Shown: one piece after another, positions 59,237-64,000 of the stretch
How the letters are laid out: each line of letters starts with the position of its first letter
Position numbering within the stretch: the first letter of the stretch is position 1
Assembly: GCA_963669455.1 (NCBI GenBank)
Contig: OY770026.1
Span: forward strand, 2,832,809 to 2,896,808
DNA length: 64,000 nt
Direction of reading: 5' to 3'
Origin: Rhizobiaceae bacterium
GTDB taxonomy: Bacteria > Pseudomonadota > Alphaproteobacteria > Rhizobiales > Rhizobiaceae
Translations under genes and position numbers: made by a program
Notes under the pieces: generated by a model
The model's database searches: none
Told to the model about the DNA's origin: nothing
The model's input: the letters and a program-made list of their open reading frames with translations, nothing else

Positions 59237-61135
59237 ATGCTGACCATCACCGATCTTTCACTGCGCATCGCCGGACGGCTATTGCTGGACAATGCCAGCC
59301 TGTCGCTGCCTGCCGGCGCGAAGGCGGGTCTCGTCGGGCGCAACGGCTCGGGCAAGACGACGCTGTTTCGGGCGATCACCGGCGATCTTGCAGCCGAAAC
59401 CGGTTCGGTTTTCATGCCAAAAGGCACCAAAATCGGCCAGGTGGCGCAGGAGGCGCCTGGAACCGAACAGGCGCTGCTCGACATTGTGCTGGCTGCCGAC
59501 AGCGAGCGGGCGCAATTGCTGGCGGAGGCGGAAACCGCCACCGATGCCGGCCGGATTGCCGACATCCAGACCAGGCTGGTCGATATCGATGCGCATTCGG
59601 CTGAAGCCCGCGCCGCCACCATTCTGGCCGGCCTTGGCTTCGATCACGCGGCGCAAAAGCGCCCCGCCTCGTCGTTTTCCGGTGGCTGGCGAATGCGCGT
59701 GGCGCTTGCTGCGGTGTTGTTTTGCGAGCCCGACCTATTGTTGCTGGATGAGCCTACCAACTATCTCGACCTTGAGGGCACGCTGTGGCTGGAAAGCTAT
59801 CTGGCGCGCTATCCGCATACCGTTTTGCTGATCAGCCATGATCGCGACCTGCTCAACAAAGCGGTCTCGTCGATCGTTCATCTTCAAGGCGGCAAGCTTT
59901 CATTCTGGCGGGGCGGATTTGACCAATTCGAGCGCCAGCGCGCTGAAAAGGCGGAACTGGCGGAAAAAACACGCGTCAAGCAGCAGGCCCAACGCAAGCA
60001 CATGGAGGCGTTTGTCGAGCGGTTCCGCTACAAGGCGTCAAAAGCAAGACAGGCGCAATCAAGGCTGAAAGCGCTGGAGCGGTTGCAGCCTGTTTCGGCT
60101 GCGGTCAACGAACATGTGGCGCCGATCCGGTTTCCCGATCCCGAAAAGGAGGTCGCCTCGCCCGCGCTGGCGCTTAAACATGTTTCGGTCGGCTACAGTC
60201 CGGGCGAACCGGTATTGACGGGGCTCGATCTCAGGATCGATGCGGATGACCGGATTGCGCTGCTTGGGGCAAACGGCAATGGCAAATCGACTTTCGCCAA
60301 ACTGATCGCCAGGCGGCTAGAGGCCGAGACCGGCGACATCACGGTCGCGCCCAATTTGAAAATCGCCTTTTTTGCCCAGCACCAGCTTGACGAACTTCGT
60401 CCGAAAGAAAGCGCGGTCGAGCATGTGCGCCGGCTGATGCGCGATGCCGGCGAAGCGGCGGTTCGAGGCCGGGTCGCACAAATGGGCCTTGCGACCGAAA
60501 AAATGAACACGGAAGCAGAAAATCTGTCAGGCGGCGAAAAGGCACGCCTTTTGATGGGGCTTGCCGCCATAGACGGCGCCAATCTGCTTATTCTCGATGA
60601 GCCGACCAACCATCTCGACATCGACAGCCGGGCGTCGCTGATCGAAGCTTTGAACACATTTTCCGGGGCGGTGATCCTGATCAGCCATGACCGCTATCTG
60701 ATCGAGGCGACGGCCGACCGGCTGTGGCTGGTCGCCGGCGGGTCGGTCGCACCTTATGAAGGCGACCTTACCGACTATCGCAAACTGGTGACCGGTGGAG
60801 CAAAGGCGTCCAGGGAGCCAGGCGGCGAAGTCACCACGCGTGATGAAAAACTGTCCAAGGCAGAGGCGCGAAAAGCGGCGGCAAAAAAACGCGATGCGCT
60901 AAAGCCGCTGGCGAAAAAAATCAAGCAAACCGAGCATTTGATGGAAAGACTTCGCGGACGGATTCAAATGATCGAAGTGGAACTTGCCGATTCGGCGCTT
61001 TATGAAAACGACCCCGCCAGGGCCGGTGATCTGGCCAAACAGCGCTCCGATCTCGTCGATGAACTGGACGCGGCAGAACTGGCCTGGCTGGAGGATACGG
61101 AAACCTACGAGGCGCGATTGAACACCGGTTCTTAG
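59237..61135 (+). CDS. ABC-F family ATP-binding cassette protein (two fused NBDs, no TMD)
   Basis: Two Walker A motifs (GRNGSGKTT, GANGNGKST), two LSGG signatures, an inter-domain linker and a C-terminal coiled coil. Start set at MLTITDLSLRI. Confidence 0.9.
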   Translation: MLTITDLSLRIAGRLLLDNASLSLPAGAKAGLVGRNGSGKTTLFRAITGDLAAETGSVFMPKGTKIGQVAQEAPGTEQALLDIVLAADSERAQLLAEAETATDAGRIADIQTRLVDIDAHSAEARAATILAGLGFDHAAQKRPASSFSGGWRMRVALAAVLFCEPDLLLLDEPTNYLDLEGTLWLESYLARYPHTVLLISHDRDLLNKAVSSIVHLQGGKLSFWRGGFDQFERQRAEKAELAEKTRVKQQAQRKHMEAFVERFRYKASKARQAQSRLKALERLQPVSAAVNEHVAPIRFPDPEKEVASPALALKHVSVGYSPGEPVLTGLDLRIDADDRIALLGANGNGKSTFAKLIARRLEAETGDITVAPNLKIAFFAQHQLDELRPKESAVEHVRRLMRDAGEAAVRGRVAQMGLATEKMNTEAENLSGGEKARLLMGLAAIDGANLLILDEPTNHLDIDSRASLIEALNTFSGAVILISHDRYLIEATADRLWLVAGGSVAPYEGDLTDYRKLVTGGAKASREPGGEVTTRDEKLSKAEARKAAAKKRDALKPLAKKIKQTEHLMERLRGRIQMIEVELADSALYENDPARAGDLAKQRSDLVDELDAAELAWLEDTETYEARLNTGS

Positions 61136-61227
61136 GGCGAACCGGCCCCGGGGCTTGCGGCCAGGCTGGATACGGGCATAAGGTTGAAAGCACAAATCCT
61201 TAATCGGTAAGAAGGTTCCGGCAGGCA

Positions 61228-61854
61228 ATGATCGATCAAGTGACCCTGGTTACCTATGTGGCCATCGTTTCCGGCTTCGTGTTCATTCCCGGCCCGGCAA
61301 CACTTTTGACGGTCACGCGCGCCACAAGCTCGGGCACGAAAGCCGGTATTGCCACGGGTGTGGGCGTTGCCGCTGGAGATGTTGTTCACACCGCTATGGC
61401 GATTGCCGGTATCTCGGCAATCATTGCAACATCGGCCGTCCTTTTCAGTGCAATCAAATATCTCGGTGCGGCCTATCTGGTCTATCTTGGCATTCGTGCC
61501 TTTTTGGAAAAAACGCCGGCGATAGCTGGAAATGGCGGGCGTGTCCTTTCGGCCTCGTCGGCTTTTCGGCAGGCTGTCGTTGCCGAAATTCTCAATCCCA
61601 AGACGGCGGTGTTCTTTTTGGCCTTCCTGCCGCAATTCGTCCGGCCGGAAAACGGCGCGGTGCTGCTTCAATTGGCGATTTTTGGCGCGCTTTTTGTCTT
61701 GCTGGGCCTGTTGAGCACTTTGGGTTTTGCCATATGCGCTGGACGTTTGGGAAACTTCCTCAGGCGCAATCCGGCCGTTGTCAGATGGCAGGGCAAAGTC
61801 GTCGGCAGCATTTACTGCGCACTTGGCGTTCGCCTGGCATTGCAAGAGCGATAA
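61228..61854 (+). CDS. LysE/RhtB family amino-acid exporter
   Basis: 208 aa, 6 TM, N-terminal PGP motif (FIPGPATLL). Confidence 0.85.
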   Translation: MIDQVTLVTYVAIVSGFVFIPGPATLLTVTRATSSGTKAGIATGVGVAAGDVVHTAMAIAGISAIIATSAVLFSAIKYLGAAYLVYLGIRAFLEKTPAIAGNGGRVLSASSAFRQAVVAEILNPKTAVFFLAFLPQFVRPENGAVLLQLAIFGALFVLLGLLSTLGFAICAGRLGNFLRRNPAVVRWQGKVVGSIYCALGVRLALQER

Positions 61855-61865
61855 GGCGAGAGCCG

Positions 61866-62672
61866 ATGAGCATCGATGTTGAAACACGCGGTGATATCAC
61901 AATCGTCACCATCAACCGGCCCAAAGCACGCAATGCGGTCAACCCGACAATGGCTCGCCAGCTTTTCGATGCCTTTGTTGCCTTCGGCAAGGATGACAGC
62001 CAGAGGGTGGCCGTCTTTTCAGGGGTGCCGGGCGCGTTTTGCGCCGGGTTCGATCTGAAACATGCTTCCAGTGGCATGGATGACGGGTGGTTTGCGGCGC
62101 ATGACCTTGACGACAACTGGCGTGATCCGGCCGAAGATCCACGCCGCGGGCCGATGGGGCCGACGCGGCTGTTATTGCCCAAGCCGGTCATTGCCGCGAT
62201 TTCCGGCCCGGCGGTGGCCGGCGGAATGGAGCTGGCGCTTTGGGCTGACATACGCATCATGGACCGGTCGGCCTATATGGGCGTTTACTGCCGGCGCTGG
62301 GGCGTGCCGCTCATTGATGGTGGGACAGTGCGATTGCCGCGCATTGTCGGGCACGGCCGGGCCATGGACATGGTGCTGACGGGCCGGCAGATCAGTTCTG
62401 ATGAGTGTCTTGAAACGGGCCTTGCCAATCGTATCTGTGACGATGGCACTGCCTTAGAGACGGCCCTTGCCTATGCGGCGGAATTGGCCCGCTTTCCGCA
62501 GGCTTGCATGCGCGCCGACCGGATGAGCATCCTTGGCCAGTGGTCGCTCAACCCGGCTCAAGCCTTGCGCGATGAATGGCGAAGTGCAGAGGTCTTTCGT
62601 ACCGAAGGGGCAGCCGGTGCGGGGCGCTTTGCATCGGGAAAAGGCCGCAGCGGCGATTTTGACGAGATCTAG
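61866..62672 (+). CDS. enoyl-CoA hydratase/isomerase family protein
   Basis: ITIVTINRPKARNA...AFCAGFDLK...KPVIAAISGPAVAGGMELALWADIRI is the crotonase fold. Confidence 0.85.
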   Translation: MSIDVETRGDITIVTINRPKARNAVNPTMARQLFDAFVAFGKDDSQRVAVFSGVPGAFCAGFDLKHASSGMDDGWFAAHDLDDNWRDPAEDPRRGPMGPTRLLLPKPVIAAISGPAVAGGMELALWADIRIMDRSAYMGVYCRRWGVPLIDGGTVRLPRIVGHGRAMDMVLTGRQISSDECLETGLANRICDDGTALETALAYAAELARFPQACMRADRMSILGQWSLNPAQALRDEWRSAEVFRTEGAAGAGRFASGKGRSGDFDEI

Positions 62673-62705
62673 AGCGGTTTTCGCCAAGGCGCCCCTGCCC
62701 CGTTT

Positions 62706-63293
62706 TTACGATCCCGGCGGCTGTTTATTGCCCTTGCCGACGGTCGAGATAACAAAGCCGATCATCCCCAAAGCCAGCAACCCATAGCCAAGCAACTGCC
62801 CGCGCGGATCCCATTCAATAGCCGAGGCCATCAAGATCAGTTCCACCCTGTCCGGTGTCAGACTGGTGCCTTTTTTCGGCTCAAAGGAAAAATGATAGGT
62901 TTTAACGCCAACCGGATGAATGACGCCAGCGGTGGCGCGGTAGACATAATTGCCGGTGTGAACGCTGTCCTCTCCAGGCGTCGAGTGAATGAACTCCAGG
63001 TCCCTGGCGATCATCTCCTTGCCATCGCTTTCAACGCGTATCGACAGCGTTGCCGATGCCATGACGCTGCTTGTCTTTGAGTTTGAATGATAATCGACGA
63101 GGATGCGGACCGGGTCCTCCTCATCGCTTAATTCGACGTCTACCGTGCGAAACCCGCCACCGCTGGAATAAACCTCATGGGCGCCGAGACGGTATCCGCC
63201 AAAGTTCTGCACGGCAAAGGGATAGATGACGGCGAGCACCAGCCCGGCTATGCCCAAGATAATGAAAAATTTCCGCAATCCTGTCTTCCCCAC
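62706..63293 (-). CDS. hypothetical membrane protein (TM at each end, central soluble domain)
   Basis: 195 aa. N-terminal FFIILGIAGLVLAVIYPFAV and C-terminal LLGYGLLALGMIGFVISTV. No family recognised. Confidence 0.5.
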   Translation of the reverse strand: MGKTGLRKFFIILGIAGLVLAVIYPFAVQNFGGYRLGAHEVYSSGGGFRTVDVELSDEEDPVRILVDYHSNSKTSSVMASATLSIRVESDGKEMIARDLEFIHSTPGEDSVHTGNYVYRATAGVIHPVGVKTYHFSFEPKKGTSLTPDRVELILMASAIEWDPRGQLLGYGLLALGMIGFVISTVGKGNKQPPGS

Positions 63294-63365
63294 ATTCAGC
63301 TCAGCACGGTAATGGCAGTTCGAGATGTTTCGCGTATATCATGTTGAACGTTTCGAACAGACCGT

Positions 63366-63983
63366 TCAGTCTTTGATCCAGACGGAAAATATATGGGCAA
63401 TGCGCCGGCCGGGACGCTCGATATCAAACAGGTTGTGGACCGAGCAGCGCAGGCCGAACTCGGTAAAAACGCCATATTCAGACGGCATCAGCGGCCATGG
63501 CGGGCCGTCGTGGCCGGTGTCTTCGCCGCGTGTTCTTGAATAGACCAAAAGCTTCCCGCCTGGTTTGACGAGGCTGGCAATCGCCTTTGCAAACTGGTGG
63601 CGAAGCGGCGGCAGCACCGATTGGATTGTGTAGCATTCATTGACCAGATCGAAGCGTTCCAGCCAATCGTGCGGCAATTCGAGCAGATTGGCGGTGCGAT
63701 AGTCAACGGCGCTATCTGGAAAGCGCTTGCGGGCCCATAAAATCGCCTTTTGCGACAGATCAAAGGCGGTGGTGCTGTAGCCCGCCGCGGCCAGCGCCTC
63801 TGCATGGTCGCCAAGCCCGCAGGCGATATCGATGGCCAGGCGCCCCTCGCCCGGGTTTTGCGCAATCCAACTGGCGATTTCGCCTTTGGGTGCAAGATCG
63901 GCCCAAGGTACGGCAGCAGCATCGCCGTCTGCCATGTCATAGACCGTTTCAAAGAATTGCGCGCGGTCGGGATTGTCTGCCAA
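63366..63983 (-). CDS. class I SAM-dependent methyltransferase
   Basis: Motif I LAIDIACGLGDHAEALA, followed by an acidic residue after beta-2 (TTAFDLS) and post-I/II blocks. Confidence 0.8.
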   Translation of the reverse strand: MADNPDRAQFFETVYDMADGDAAAVPWADLAPKGEIASWIAQNPGEGRLAIDIACGLGDHAEALAAAGYSTTAFDLSQKAILWARKRFPDSAVDYRTANLLELPHDWLERFDLVNECYTIQSVLPPLRHQFAKAIASLVKPGGKLLVYSRTRGEDTGHDGPPWPLMPSEYGVFTEFGLRCSVHNLFDIERPGRRIAHIFSVWIKD

Positions 63984-64000
63984 GAACTCGCGATCAAGCG

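Noticed and set aside
62670-62686. A full repeat-family element after the enoyl-CoA hydratase gene
   Set aside because: Only one terminus-like segment (TAGAGCGGTTTTCGCC) is present, with no shared core and no second terminus before the next gene. I mention it as a fragment only.

Overview
This is a high-GC (about 60% by hand counts) chromosomal segment that reads like an alphaproteobacterium of the Rhizobiales type. Supporting gene content: aapJ/aapP, hdaA next to purM-purN, putA/putR, ppk-ppx, parC, uvrC-pgsA-moaD-moaE, and an NDUFS4-like gene between two tRNAs. I call about 60 protein genes and 2 tRNAs (Arg-UCU, Pro-UGG), mostly housekeeping and transport.

Three lower-GC patches interrupt the backbone:
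- 24.4-28.1 kb (about 40% GC): four or five orphan ORFs I cannot assign to known families, except one DUF4274-like motif.
- 33.0-34.3 kb: a single Cys-rich secreted protein upstream of tRNA-Pro.
- 48.6-52.5 kb: a GntR / orphan TAXI binding protein / class IV aminotransferase / second proC module.

Each patch ends on its right side with a same-orientation copy of a 92-105 bp structured repeat, flanked by TA in the two best copies. A 270 bp relative with 23-24 bp terminal inverted repeats and a TA duplication has split an AAC(6')-like GNAT gene beside a tetR-MFP-RND operon.

Other decay:
- aapJ and aapP are only 72 nt apart, with no aapQ/aapM between them.
- An MFS transporter gene has collapsed to 763 nt with a frameshift.

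Candidate regulatory elements:
- a 38 bp TetR operator palindrome
- an orphan intrinsic terminator with a possible 135 nt sRNA or leader
- two hairpins that sequester Shine-Dalgarno (SD) sequences

I saw no CRISPR array, integrase, transposase, phage gene or recognisable defence gene. The 24.4-28.1 kb island is the best candidate for something undescribed, but the sequence alone does not support a mechanism.
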